This document shows, one piece after another, positions 15,002 through 26,294 of a stretch of DNA of 64,000 nt. The DNA comes from Eledone cirrhosa (taxonomy: Eukaryota), in NCBI GenBank assembly GCA_964016885.1, contig OZ024746.1, positions 67,642,001-67,706,000 of the forward strand, in the 5' to 3' direction. The notes below the pieces were generated by a model. That model ran no database searches and had not been told where the DNA came from. It worked only from the letters and a program-made list of their open reading frames with translations. The translations under genes and the position numbers were made by a program. Each line of letters starts with the position of its first letter. Within the stretch, counting starts at the first letter, position 1.

Positions 15002-15563
15002 TATTACTGAGGACCTATTTAGTTTTTATAGAGAATATTAGGAGGGAGGGGTGAAGTTGTTAGAAGAATAGTTGAAGGAGTGGTTTTTCGATAGCAGTGA
15101 GAATTCTTGGTGGCAGTGAGTAATTAGATTCCCATCTGTTGTTTTGACATTTTTTATAGAATATATTATTGGTTATTTTTCTAAATCTATAGAAGGATTA
15201 GAGATAGTAAAGATATGCGTGGTTGGTTTTGTGTTTGCACTTAATTAACATTCAGACTTAAATTTTTCTTTCAAGTGTACGTATCCTTTCACCCACGCAT
15301 TCACAAACAAATATATTTGCACACCTCTACAAAATACATATACTCACAATTCACATATTCATACTTACATATATATACACATGCATACACATATATATAC
15401 ACACATGTATTCATGTACATACATACGCGCTCATGTGTATACATTTTCATACTCAACTTATCTTTATATACACACGTATAGACACACACATATATACATA
15501 CATACTCTAGTCCATGTGTACACACATACACATACATACACATCCATATACACATATATACAT

Positions 15564-15646
<83 letters not shown>

Positions 15647-15894
15647 TATATAAGCACTTTAATACATGAATACACTTACATCTAACTATACACATCAAAC
15701 ATATATATATATTTACTTATTTATATACATTTTCACATATATATACATACTTATGGACGTTTTTAGACACATTCATTATCGCATATTTGTACCTATTCTC
15801 ATCAGCATATCTTTCCATTATTAGTGTGGTAATTTAAGGTTATTAATATATGTTGAGAAGAGATTGTTTTTATATTTTTCTAACTAGATTAAGG

Positions 15895-17029
15895 TTTATA
15901 TAGTTGGGGGATGTCCCTCTTTTATGTAATGTTCGGCTTGTAGTGGGAAAAAAGGGTTTTAGTTCTGTGACGGCAGAATAATGTTCGTTCAATTCTGTTA
16001 TTCAGCAGTTTCTTCTTGTGTGTGATTATGTAATAAATCTCAAGATTACACAATTTGCAGAAATTTTGGCTCCTGGAAAAGCTTTGGATTTTAGCTAATT
16101 TTTCCCATTTTAGGGTAAACTTTTGATCGCTATCCCTGAGCGTTCAAGCTTTTTCTGCTAAAGTTGTTACATTTCTTTGGCTCTGGTGTTTTATTGAGTA
16201 AGAATGCCTATACAATCGAGATTTAAACGATGTTGCCATTGATCCCACGTAATACCACTCGTTGCCTCCGGATTTAATGGTACACTTATAAATAATATTT
16301 TTTTCCAGGCAGTTATTGCCGAGGGGGCAGTTGTCAGGATAGGTGCAGTTACAGTTGTGTACGTTGGGTTTTCTCTGGAGTAGTATTGCGGACGAACTTA
16401 GGTGTGGTTTATTTATGTTCTGTAGTGTATTGTTTACTGTTTTTTTTTGTGTTCTTTGTACTTAAGTTCTCAGTGTTTTCGTTTAACCTTCTAGTATTGA
16501 TCTTTTTTATGTGTTGTTCAAGGTTTAACGCTGTAGAGTATGACAGTCTTATAGTGGTAGGGTTTAGGATTTTGTGGTATTTGTGTGATGTGGGAAAATG
16601 TCTTTTAATTATTTTAAAGAAGAGTACTGGTAAATTTGTACTAATGGAACTATTGTATTCGGGGTTATACCATAAGTACTCTTTGCATCGCTTTCTATTA
16701 GTTTTGTTTGTTGGTTTACTGGTGTGCATACTATGGTAGTAAGTGTGGTTTGGTGTTGTGTTATTATATCTACCTATGTGGGATTTATTTTGGGTGTTTT
16801 GATTGTTCCCATCTATGTACTCTATTTTGTTGAGGTAGCCTGCTTTACTAAGGGCGTTATCGTAGTACTCGGCGTGTTCCTTAAATACTTGTATGTTAGA
16901 AGATAGACCCGAGATTCTAAGGGAAATATTTTTAGGGATAGATTTAATTATAGAGATGGGGTGGTTAGACCCAACATTTACGTATTTGAGATTTTCATTC
17001 AATTTATGAAACGGTTTAATCAAACCAGA
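15895..17029 (-). pseudogene. PLE RT C-terminus/thumb + Cys linker + GIY-YIG endonuclease (frameshifted, one premature stop)
   Basis: KPFHKLNENLKYVNVGSNHPISIIKSIPKNISLRISGLSS...LWYNPEYNSSISTNL..FFKIIKRHFP..KILNPTTIRLSYS, then CNCTYPDNCPLGNNC and NIIYKC..YYVGS, and CKLCNLE..LLNNRIE..CRH. Confidence 0.88.
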
Positions 17030-17664
17030 GTTAAACCTTGAACAACACATAAAAAAAATCAATACTAGAAGGTTAAACGAAAACACTGAGAACTTAAGTA
17101 CAAAGAACACAAAAAAAAACAGTAAACAATACACTACAGAACATAAATAAACCACACCTAAGTTCGTCCGCAATACTACTCCAGAGAAAACCCAACGTAC
17201 ACAACTGTAACTGCACCTATCCTGACAACTGCCCCCTCGGCAATAACTGCCTGGAAAAAAATATTATTTATAAGTGTACCATTAAATCCGGAGGCAACGA
17301 GTGGTATTACGTGGGATCAACGGCAACATCGTTTAAATCTCGATTGTATAGGCATTCTTACTCAATAAAACACCAGAGCCAAAGAAATGTAACAACTTTA
17401 GCAGAAAAAGCTTGGACGCTCAGGGATAGCGATCAAAAGTTTACCCTAAAATGGGAAAAATTAGCTAAAACCCAAAGCTTTTCCAGGAGCCAAAATTTCT
17501 GCAAATTGTGTAATCTTGAGATTTATTACATAATCACACACAAGAAGAAACTGCTGAATAACAGAATTGAACGAACATTATTCTGCCGTCACAGAACTAA
17601 AACCCTTTTTTCCCCACTACAAGCCGAACATTACATAAAAGAGGGACATCCCCCAACTATATAA
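17030..17664 (+). pseudogene. Inverted copy of the PLE linker + GIY-YIG endonuclease (EN frame open to 17664)
   Basis: Frame reads HNCNCTYPDNCPLGNNCLEKNIIYKCTIKSGGNEWYYVGSTATSFKSRLYRH...FCKLCNLEIYYII..LLNNRIERTLFCRH. Confidence 0.88.
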
Positions 17665-17913
17665 ACCTTAATCTAGTTAGAAAAATATAAAAACAATCTC
17701 TTCTCAACATATATTAATAACCTTAAATTACCACACTAATAATGGAAAGATATGCTGATGAGAATAGGTACAAATATGCGATAATGAATGTGTCTAAAAA
17801 CGTCCATAAGTATGTATATATATGTGAAAATGTATATAAATAAGTAAATATATATATATGTTTGATGTGTATAGTTAGATGTAAGTGTATTCATGTATTA
17901 AAGTGCTTATATA

Positions 17914-17994
<81 letters not shown>

Positions 17995-18556
17995 ATGTAT
18001 ATATGTGTATATGGATGTGTATGTATGTGTATGTGTGTACACATGGACTAGAGTATGTATGTATATATGTGTGTGTCTATACGTGTGTATATAAAGATAA
18101 GTTGAGTATGAAAATGTATACACATGAGCGCGTATGTATGTACATGAATACATGTGTGTATATATATGTGTATGCATGTGTATATATATGTAAGTATGAA
18201 TATGTGAATTGTGAGTATATGTATTTTGTAGAGGTGTGCAAATATATTTGTTTGTGAATGCGTGGGTGAAAGGATACGTACACTTGAAAGAAAAATTTAA
18301 GTCTGAATGTTAATTAAGTGCAAACACAAAACCAACCACGCATATCTTTACTATCTCTAATCCTTCTATAGATTTAGAAAAATAACCAATAATATATTCT
18401 ATAAAAAATGTCAAAACAACAGATGGGAATCTAATTACTCACTGCCACCAAGAATTCTCACTGCTATCGAAAAACCACTCCTTCAACTATTCTTCTAACA
18501 ACTTCACCCCTCCCTCCTAATATTCTCTATAAAAACTAAATAGGTCCTCAGTAATA

Positions 18557-18676
18557 TTATTCTGATGAAATGACAGTAAATAATAACATTGAAATATTGA
18601 ATGTCTGCATAACTAAAAGTTTGTAGATAGCAGCTGTTTTAGGTTATGTAACTGTTATAGAAACACGTGTCAATAA
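18557..18676 (+). ncRNA. Type-I hammerhead ribozyme motif with long structured stem-II insert (family B)
   Basis: Stem I ttatt/aataa; CTGATGA 18562-68; stem II atgacagt(18570-77)/actgttat(18651-58); GAAAC 18660-64; ACGT; GTC, predicted cleavage after 18671. Confidence 0.78.
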
Positions 18677-19795
18677 ATTCCTTTCAACTAAACTGTATCC
18701 ATTCAAATCTTTCTATATATATATATATATATATATACAACATTACATACATGCATATCAGAGGCATAGCAAGCTGTAAAGTTAGAGGTATGATCACATA
18801 AAAAACCGTTGCAGGACACATAACAAATAATTTTACATCGATTCGTCTTTTCTATCTAGTAGTTAAAATCAAAATACAAGGAAAATACAGCTTTAAAGGA
18901 AGTACATAATTGTTATTTTGTATTTCAAATCAAAACACTATAAGAAAAATTATTTTACAGTAAGCTCATAAATCTATATTGTATTTAAAATCAAAATACA
19001 ATAAACATCATTGTGTTATTTAATTATTGTGTATCTAACATAAAATGAAAACAAATCAAAGCAATATAAAAAATATGTGCAACAATTACAACCCCCTCTT
19101 TCGTCTAGGCCTCATTCTTGAAATGTTGTTTATTACTTTTGTATAATCCACCTCAGTAGCTAGCTGGGTTTCAATTGAGAGAAAAGAGCTAACACAAATA
19201 ACCTATATTCAGCTGTTGTAAAACGAAGGTACGATTTTATGTGCCTGGGTCTGCCAAGTTATAGTTCCGCAATGCGTTAGATAGAAAAGGGTTAAAAAAA
19301 TGTGATATTTTGCGCAGGTTAGAAACGATTAATAAAAACCAGTGGTGATCATGAATTTAAGTATATTTTTCTATATATGAATTTACTATATCGGTAGTAC
19401 ATTAAGTATTTGTATCTGTTTATCTGTTTGTTGATGAAATAACTCTTCTGTGATTACAATTTCACTGTGGAGGATGTCTAAATACGCTTCTGCTAACAGA
19501 TTTTAATTTGTTCAAATTATCTCTGTTGTCAAAACGTGTTCCAATTAAAGCATTAAATTCAGTAGTTATATTTTTATAAGATCCAAATTCTTAATCTCTG
19601 CCAAGAACCTTCAACTATCAAATATTCTTTCATCTTTTGCAATTTTATCACAGAAACTTTAAATTTACTAAGCTTTTGATGTTTTGTATAAGTTTAACAT
19701 CATCGAACCATCTAGGTTGTCTCATTTTGAATTTTTGGGGGATTGATTTTCGTACTGATTGCATGTTTTGAAAATCTGTTTCAAAAATCTGAAAA

Positions 19796-20170
19796 ATGGA
19801 AAGCTGTTACCATGTCGAAACTATCTTTCTGTAAATATATTGATAAATTGAAAATCTCGTAAAACATTTAGCTTCAGGATATATGTAATAAGTTTTCATT
19901 GTCAAGCTGTTTGGGGATACGTTTGTTTTTTCTTTTGTTTTTTCATCTTACCAACAAAAGCGTTTCAAAAGACTAAAACATATGGAAACCAGATTGAAAC
20001 TATCAGTCTGTAAATATATTGATAAATTGAGAATCTGGTAAAAAACGTAACTTCAGAATATAGGAAAGTATAAGTACTCAGAAATAGTAAGTTTTTTTTT
20101 TAAGCATACGCATTTCTTCATTAAGCTTTTTGGGAGTAGGCTTGGTTTTCATCCTACCAGCCAGAGAGAT
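19796..20170. repeat. Diverged tandem duplication, about 190-bp unit
   Basis: gaaactatc..tctgtaaatatattgataaattga.aatct.gtaaaa occurs at about 19818 and about 19996, with downstream aagct.tttggg..ttttcatc.tacca repeated. Confidence 0.75.
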
Positions 20171-21730
20171 TTAAGAGAAAATATTATTGCTGATAAATTC
20201 TGCAAGGCATGTTCTACTACATGTCTTGCAGAATTTATCTGCATTAATTAAAACCATCTTTAAATAACATGCACGGTGTTATATAAAGAATGCATTTGGA
20301 GTAAATTCCCGAACCTTTGTTTAGGAACTAGATATTTCACTGGACCTGATTCTTGCATTATCGGAAGATTGGGTATGAATTATAAGCCCTTGCAGCAAGT
20401 TATATCCTGAATTGTATAAATAATTCTACAGTGTTACTGCTTACTGCTACACATGGATAATGAAAATTTAACAGTTCTGCTACATCAACAAGTATTGCAA
20501 AGTACTTAGCCATGTTGATTTCAAGTATTTGAATTTCACAGAATTTTGACTGATAAGGACTGTATCAAATCAGTTGGTATATGTGGGCTAAACTATGTTG
20601 TATATTAGTCACCTTCATTTATATTTGAGAAACCAGGTGTCCACAGAATGCCAATCACTGTTTAGGAAAGCACATCTATAATATAGATTAGCATAATAGT
20701 ATTCTGTTCTTTCGTTATCCTTTCTTCATTTACATGCTCATACAAAACAATTGTGTCGTTGATCAAGGGAGATTTAATAAAGAAAGGATATTTCTCCTAT
20801 ATTTTGTCATGGGACTGTGTGTTTATTGTGGGGTTTTTTTTTAGATGGGAGAAAAATAGTGTATGTACCTTTAACCAGATTTTGAATCGCTGTAATATTG
20901 TAATTTTCAAAACTCCAGGCAGTACAAAGCACAACGTTTGTTTTCGATCGATAGACCGGCCAGTGCGTATTTCCCAACCTTCTAATTGTTTCTGCTACCA
21001 AGTTGCACTGAAATGACGTCCAGGTTTACATTCTGAACATTTGTCAAAGGTATTCTTGAGATATAGTAACCATGAGCCTAAATCAAGAAGTGCAGATACA
21101 AAATCTGGTGTTGCGGGAGGGTAAGATGTTTCACAAAACACGAATGGATCTGTCGGATATTTCATATGCATAACAATAACCACCCATTGTCTTATTTTGA
21201 TATCATCATCATCATTCCTCTGGACTATAGATTGCTGTAGTGATCACGTCAAGCACCTATGCTACTGTAGAGACCAAGGAATTGTCACAAGTCCCTTGTC
21301 TGAAAGTGAAAAGTAACAATAACAATTCTGGCGACATAAGAACTCCTTCCATTATCTGGGATAAAATAGAGTCACAAGTCTTATTATTTCATATTCTGTA
21401 ACAGATATCGCATTTTTTTCGGATGAAAAATAGGCGTCCGAACTCTGATATTTTACCGATTCTTGTTCTTGATTTGTAAATTATTTCATCTTCTTTCTGT
21501 CCAAATCAATTAGATTCTTATTCTCTTTTTCCTCAGTGGCATTCCTTATCAGGAAATATCTATTATAGTATTCCTAGATAATCTTAACAACAGACAAGAT
21601 GTAATAGCTACACCATAAAACAAAAAGTTATTTAACTTTTTCTTTGCTGTCTACTACAAGACGATCATAAATGCTATACTACCGGTATTTCATAGGGCTG
21701 TTGTGTTGAATCAGACTTTCATGAGACAAA

Positions 21731-22283
21731 TACCGTATATACCTGAGTATAGGTCGAGAAATACGTAACAAAATAATCGATGCCAAAATGGAGATAGACT
21801 TATATTCCAAGTCAATATTTTACCTATTTTCTCCAGCTTCGACATCTAAGTAAAAGAGTCGACAAAATATCTGGAATGACTACTTTACAACGAAACACTG
21901 TTCTTTTGTATTTTAGAAGCATCTTTGCAGGATATTTTTAGTACTCGCCGTTTTTATTTATCTTTTGTTTTCTACCAGCATGTGAGTGGCCAGAAATAAA
22001 AAGAAATTCAAAAAATCTGTTGACAATTTATAAAACGGACAAAACTGTAAAAACGCATTATGTAATGGAGTTGTAAAACAAAAAACTATATTCTAAAGGA
22101 CACTTGAAACATTTTAAATAAGAAAAATATTAAAACTTCATAAAGCATATTCTCCACTTTTACAAAACCACGCCATTTAAACAGGTGTTCATTAGCTACC
22201 TTGAATTATACACGGGATTATAATTTTTAACTATTTCTCAAATATGAAATAAGAGGTTGACTTATATACTAGAATTTACGATA
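21731..22283. mobile_element. Old Tc1/mariner-superfamily (pogo/m44-like) non-autonomous element
   Basis: Imperfect TIRs TACCGTATATACCTGAGTATAGGTCGA ... TTGACTTATATACTAGAATTTACGATA with TA ends; internal GACTTATA sub-repeat. Confidence 0.45.
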
Positions 22284-22961
22284 TGTTATTTTTATCCGAC
22301 AGCATACATCACTGCTTGACAAATATATCATAATTACAATTTTTTTAAGTTGTCAATTCTTTCCTTTAAAGGCAATTCGTTTTAATGCTTGAGAATATTC
22401 TTTCCGCATCTGAATAAAGGATCTTTAGATAGTTGTTCATGACTAGACTTTGCTTTTTAGGGGTTCCTTAATGATAGAAAGTTTGTTAGTACAAGAGACA
22501 TTCTAAAACAAATATTTATATTCGTCGTCATATATTATTTTCCAAATCACATCTAGTTGTTTTTCTTTCGCCCGAGTCACACTTTTTGATCTAAGGCATG
22601 CTAGCCATGATCAACCCCTCTTTTTAAGATGGTAGAGTGTTATTTATGAAATTTGGTTAAAATTTACAGCTGATAGAAACTTTATATATGTATATATACA
22701 TATATATATGTGAGAGAGAAGGGGAGAGTGAGGGAGAGAGAGAGACTGGGGTTTTATATTGAATAATATACGAAATGTTCATGTAAATAAGCAATTTTAC
22801 AGCCTTGCTATGAGTGTTTAAAGTAGATCTTTAGCAACCAAGAAAGAGCACCCTAACGGCCGTTTCTGGTTTGTTGGCTACCTTCAGAGAGACTAACTCT
22901 GCTTGGATATCAGGAAAAACCGAGCAAAATTTATTGAAATTCAAAGAAACATTTATTTTAT

Positions 22962-23160
22962 AAGCGACTGGGAGTACAAGACACTTCCTGGACAGGACGC
23001 CGATCTATCACAGGTTTAACTCCCCAAGTAAGGTTGGTATTCACTCATCTCAGCTGAGTGTACTGGAGCAACGGGAAATAAAATATTTTATTCAAGAACA
23101 CAACGCAGCAGCGTGTCAAGCAATCGAACTGACTTCAGGATCGTACAACCTAACCATAGA
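22962..23160 (-). mobile_element. tRNA-derived SINE family V (V-domain-like), degenerate
   Basis: Homologous to 49970-50220 (gcgactg.gagtacaagac, cagctgagt.tactg.agcaacg.gaaat, aacacaac). Confidence 0.7.
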
Positions 23161-23473
23161 GTTAGGGATAATTTTCGTTAAGAAAAAAGAATCATATTTT
23201 CATACTTTGATTTGCTACACTACTGTAGAGTGCATATTTAATGAGGGTTGCCTATGTAACGGATTAACTGAGAAACAAATTAGCTAACTTAGGAAGCAGG
23301 TGTATAAGTTTCAATGGCTTAATCATTCAGAACGTTTAAATTAAATCAGAAAAATCGTGTGCATTATTAGTCGAGCCTCGTCAAAGGAGAGGCCAATTAT
23401 TTGTTCCAAAAAATAATAAACAATTATAATGTTTCCAATCATTTCTATACAAACACACACATACACACACACA

Positions 23474-23512
<39 letters not shown>

Positions 23513-23519
<7 letters not shown>

Positions 23520-23875
23520 GTGAGGTTTTTTTTACAAAATGAAAAATAACCGAGGTGTCCTACACGAGTGAAAGTATAAAGAAAAAGAGATGAAATCGAA
23601 AATGCAACTGAAGTCTTATTTTTTTTTTAAATATATATATTTATTTGGTTCCTTTACCGGTTTCGCAGTTCTTCTGCTTTTCAAAAGGTGAGTTGAGATG
23701 GAGGGTCTGTGGTTTTTCTCACATCTGAACAAACCACAGAAAAACCACAGACCCTCCATCTCAACTCACTTTTTGAAAAGCAGAAGAACTGCGAAACCGG
23801 TAAAGGAACCAAATAAATATATATATTTTTTTTAAAAATAAGACTTCAGTTGCATTTTCGATTTCATCTCTTTTT

Positions 23876-23882
<7 letters not shown>
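23513..23882. mobile_element. Mini fold-back hammerhead element (family C): arms 23575-23719 / 23738-23882, tail 23513-23574, bounded by (TA)n
   Basis: About 145-bp inverted arms read directly; (TA)n at 23478-23512 and 23880-23905. Confidence 0.85.
23769..23806 (+). ncRNA. Minimal hammerhead motif with U3-A8 core (family C); antisense twin in the left arm at about 23651-23688
   Basis: cttt-TTGAAAA-GCAG aagaa CTGC-GAAAC-CG-GTA-aagg. The left-arm copy has a perfect cctt/aagg stem I. Confidence 0.68.
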
Positions 23883-23906
<24 letters not shown>

Positions 23907-24113
23907 AGTATGTACACGTACATACATATATGTATACAGACGTACAGTAGTATGTATATATATATATACATACATGCACACATATATATATATGCACGTA
24001 TGGATTCACCGAACATTTATTATAATGCTCGGTGTGTTTGTAAACAAACATCCCGTATTAAGCCGTAGTGTCTAGCAACCATCGTTGCTCGTTTGTTCAA
24101 CACTGAAAAAGGA

Positions 24114-24156
24114 ACGCTGTACTAGTTTCAAGCTTATTAGCTATCGTCAGCAACGT
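24114..24156 (-). ncRNA. Minimal hammerhead motif (family D, left-arm copy)
   Basis: Reverse complement of 24343-24385. Confidence 0.82.
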
Positions 24157-24342
24157 ATACCTTTCTGCCAGATTGTTGAACGTATATACTTACCTTATGC
24201 ATATTAACGGCTGAGTAGCCCAATTTGCATATCGCGTGGGTTAATCGGCCGGGTCCACCGAAAACGATAAACGGTTAATATGCATAAGCCGTTAATATGC
24301 ATAAGGTGAGTATATACGCTCAACAATCTGGCAGGAAGGTAT

Positions 24343-24385
24343 ACGTTGCTGACGATAGCTAATAAGCTTGAAACTAGTACAGCGT
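24343..24385 (+). ncRNA. Minimal type-I hammerhead ribozyme motif (family D)
   Basis: acgttg-CTGACGA-t-AGCT aata AGCT-t-GAAAC-TA-GTA-cagcgt; predicted cleavage after 24379. Confidence 0.85.
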
Positions 24386-24679
24386 TCCTTTGTCAGTGTT
24401 GAACAAACGAGCAACGATGGTTGCTAGACACTACGGCTTAATACGGGATGTTTGTTTACAAACACACCGAGCATTATAATAAATGTTCGGTGAATCCATA
24501 CGTGCATATATATATATATGTGTGCATGTATGTATATATATATACATACTACTGTACGTCTGTATACATATATGTATGTACGTGTACATACTTATATTTA
24601 AGTAACAGCCGTACTAAGAGTGGGAAATGAAATTTCGTTTCATTTTTTCCGTTTATATATATATATAGGAAAAGGTATG

Positions 24680-24775
24680 ACCCCGACGGCAGAGCTCAAG
24701 CCGTTTCGATGGCTATTTCTGAACTAAATAAGAATTTTTAGCCTGGTAAATAAATAGCCGAACTTGTCAAGGGGT
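24680..24775 (-). ncRNA. Hammerhead motif with U3-A8 core, long stem II and 5-bp stem III (family F)
   Basis: Minus strand: acccc-TTGACAA-gttc GGCTATTT ...long loop... AAATAGCC atc-GAAAC GGC ttgagctct GCC GTC-ggggt. Confidence 0.7.
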
Positions 24776-25329
24776 ACTTCTTTATATGGGAAGATTGTAG
24801 TTGTCAAGAGGACAACACAAATAAATCTATCGTGGCATTTGGTGGGAGGTAGGGGTGGCTGAACTTGCCTGTAGAACAATGAGGGAGTGAGTAAAGCCAG
24901 TCAGGCGTTGAAAGTGAAATATATACAGCAGATTCTAAGGATAGTGTATGAAAAGTTGAAAAGTTGTTCTGGAGAAATGGGGGGGTGGAGTTTAAAGAAT
25001 AGGTAGGTCAAATGAGAGTAGGAGACAATGAAAATAAAAAATATATAAATAAAAAATTAGATAGTGAGAAATGAATAAAAACAAAAACAGTAGAGTCTAG
25101 AAACAGCTGCTATAATTAGTAGGTGTTGCTTGTACGGCAAAGCTATAGAAAAGTTTAATAAGTTGAGAATGGAAAATACTAAATAAGAAATTGTAGAAGT
25201 GGGTAGTGAAAAATATAATGCAAACTTTTCAGGGGGTCTAACACAGCTGCTATAAATAGTTAGTAAAGCGTAATCCGCCAATGCTATCTTACAATTCCAC
25301 GCCGTCCCTGAACAACAAATGCAAAATAT

Positions 25330-25632
25330 AAAGCTATTACAGGATGTGCAATGATAAATTCTATTTTGCTTTAAAATTTGAACGAAATGTGGGAGCTAGA
25401 CCCAAAAATCTTATTTTTCGATAACTAAAAAATGGTGACCCCCCCCCCTATCGATTTTTATCTGCAGAATGATACCGGAATAAAGAAAACGATACGCTGA
25501 TATATGGAAAACACTCCCCGATGACTAATCTATGAGCCTCTAAAATTTCATGAAAATCGGTCGTAAGATGTAGGCCCCTATAGGTAATACACAGACGCAC
25601 AGACAGACACACACACACACACACACACATAC

Positions 25633-25650
<18 letters not shown>
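25330..25650 (-). mobile_element. Non-autonomous Helitron-like fragment with (CA)/(CAGA) microsatellite
   Basis: Minus strand TATATATAAAATTAAGTATGTGTGT..CTGTCTGT..CCGATTTTCATGAAATTT, a layout common in invertebrate Helitron 5' regions. Confidence 0.5.
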
Positions 25651-25712
<62 letters not shown>

Positions 25713-26294
25713 CTATGTTTTCCTTTTCATTTTACGTTTAAGATATAAAATAATTAAATAGTACAATGGTTGTTTTTTGTTTTCTTTTAAATACATTCTA
25801 GATTTATGAGATTACTGTAAAACAGTTTTTATCCTGTTTTGATTTAAAATAAAAAATAACAATTGTGCCATTTGTTTAAACCTGTATTTTCGTCATGTTT
25901 TGATTTTAATTACAAAATAAAAATGAAGAATGAATTGAAATTTGTTATGTCCTGGCGTCTTCTTTATGTGTTTGCCCTCTCCTATATTTAGAATCTGGCT
26001 ACGAACCAGAATGTAATGCACCAATGTTGAATTAATTTTGTAAGGATGCGGAAATTGTATGATCTAGAATGTCTAAACCGGGAATAAAAAATGTGTCACG
26101 TGCTCTACTCTATTGCCTTGTCACTTCAAATTGATAAGGATAGCAGAAACGGAAATAAGAAATATATATTTATCCTCTGAAATTTTACGATGAACAAAGT
26201 CAGTTGTTTAAACCTATGTGATTAAACTATTCACGAATGGGTCTATAATCATATTGTCCATGCCCAGAAAATCCTTTCACTATTTCTCAGAATA

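Larger units (their letters stand above)
14731..18716 (-). mobile_element. 5'-truncated Penelope-like retroelement (C-terminal GIY-YIG type, Hydra-clade-like) with a 1.69-kb inverted copy of its 3' part; both ends in (TA)n
   Basis: Arms 14842-16529 and 17030-18716 are near-identical reverse complements with a 500-bp spacer. Tail 14731-14841. RT thumb/linker and GIY-YIG coding remnants; hammerhead in each arm. Confidence 0.92.
23902..24654. mobile_element. Fold-back hammerhead element (family D): arms 23902-24212 / 24287-24597, tail 24598-24654, bounded by (TA)n
   Basis: About 311-bp inverted arms with only a few substitutions; no coding signal. Confidence 0.88.

Noticed and set aside
16409-17173. 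254-aa ORF treated as a single protein
   Set aside because: Its first ~48 residues are the antisense of the right arm, read across the inversion junction at 17030; only the remainder is PLE RT.
15275-18283. YI/CV/HT-rich ORFs
   Set aside because: Translations of (TA)n/(CA)n tracts inside the PLE 3' UTR.
14842-18716. Palindromes as long-read fold-back artefacts
   Set aside because: Arms have unique spacers, one-sided tails and (in most cases) substitutions, and they follow a consistent PLE-type architecture; read-level confirmation is still advisable.
19260-21200. piggyBac relic (AAAGGGTTAA end at about 19287; RLGNTHWPVY..FENY on the minus strand)
   Set aside because: No matching second terminus or catalytic motifs found; too degenerate to call.
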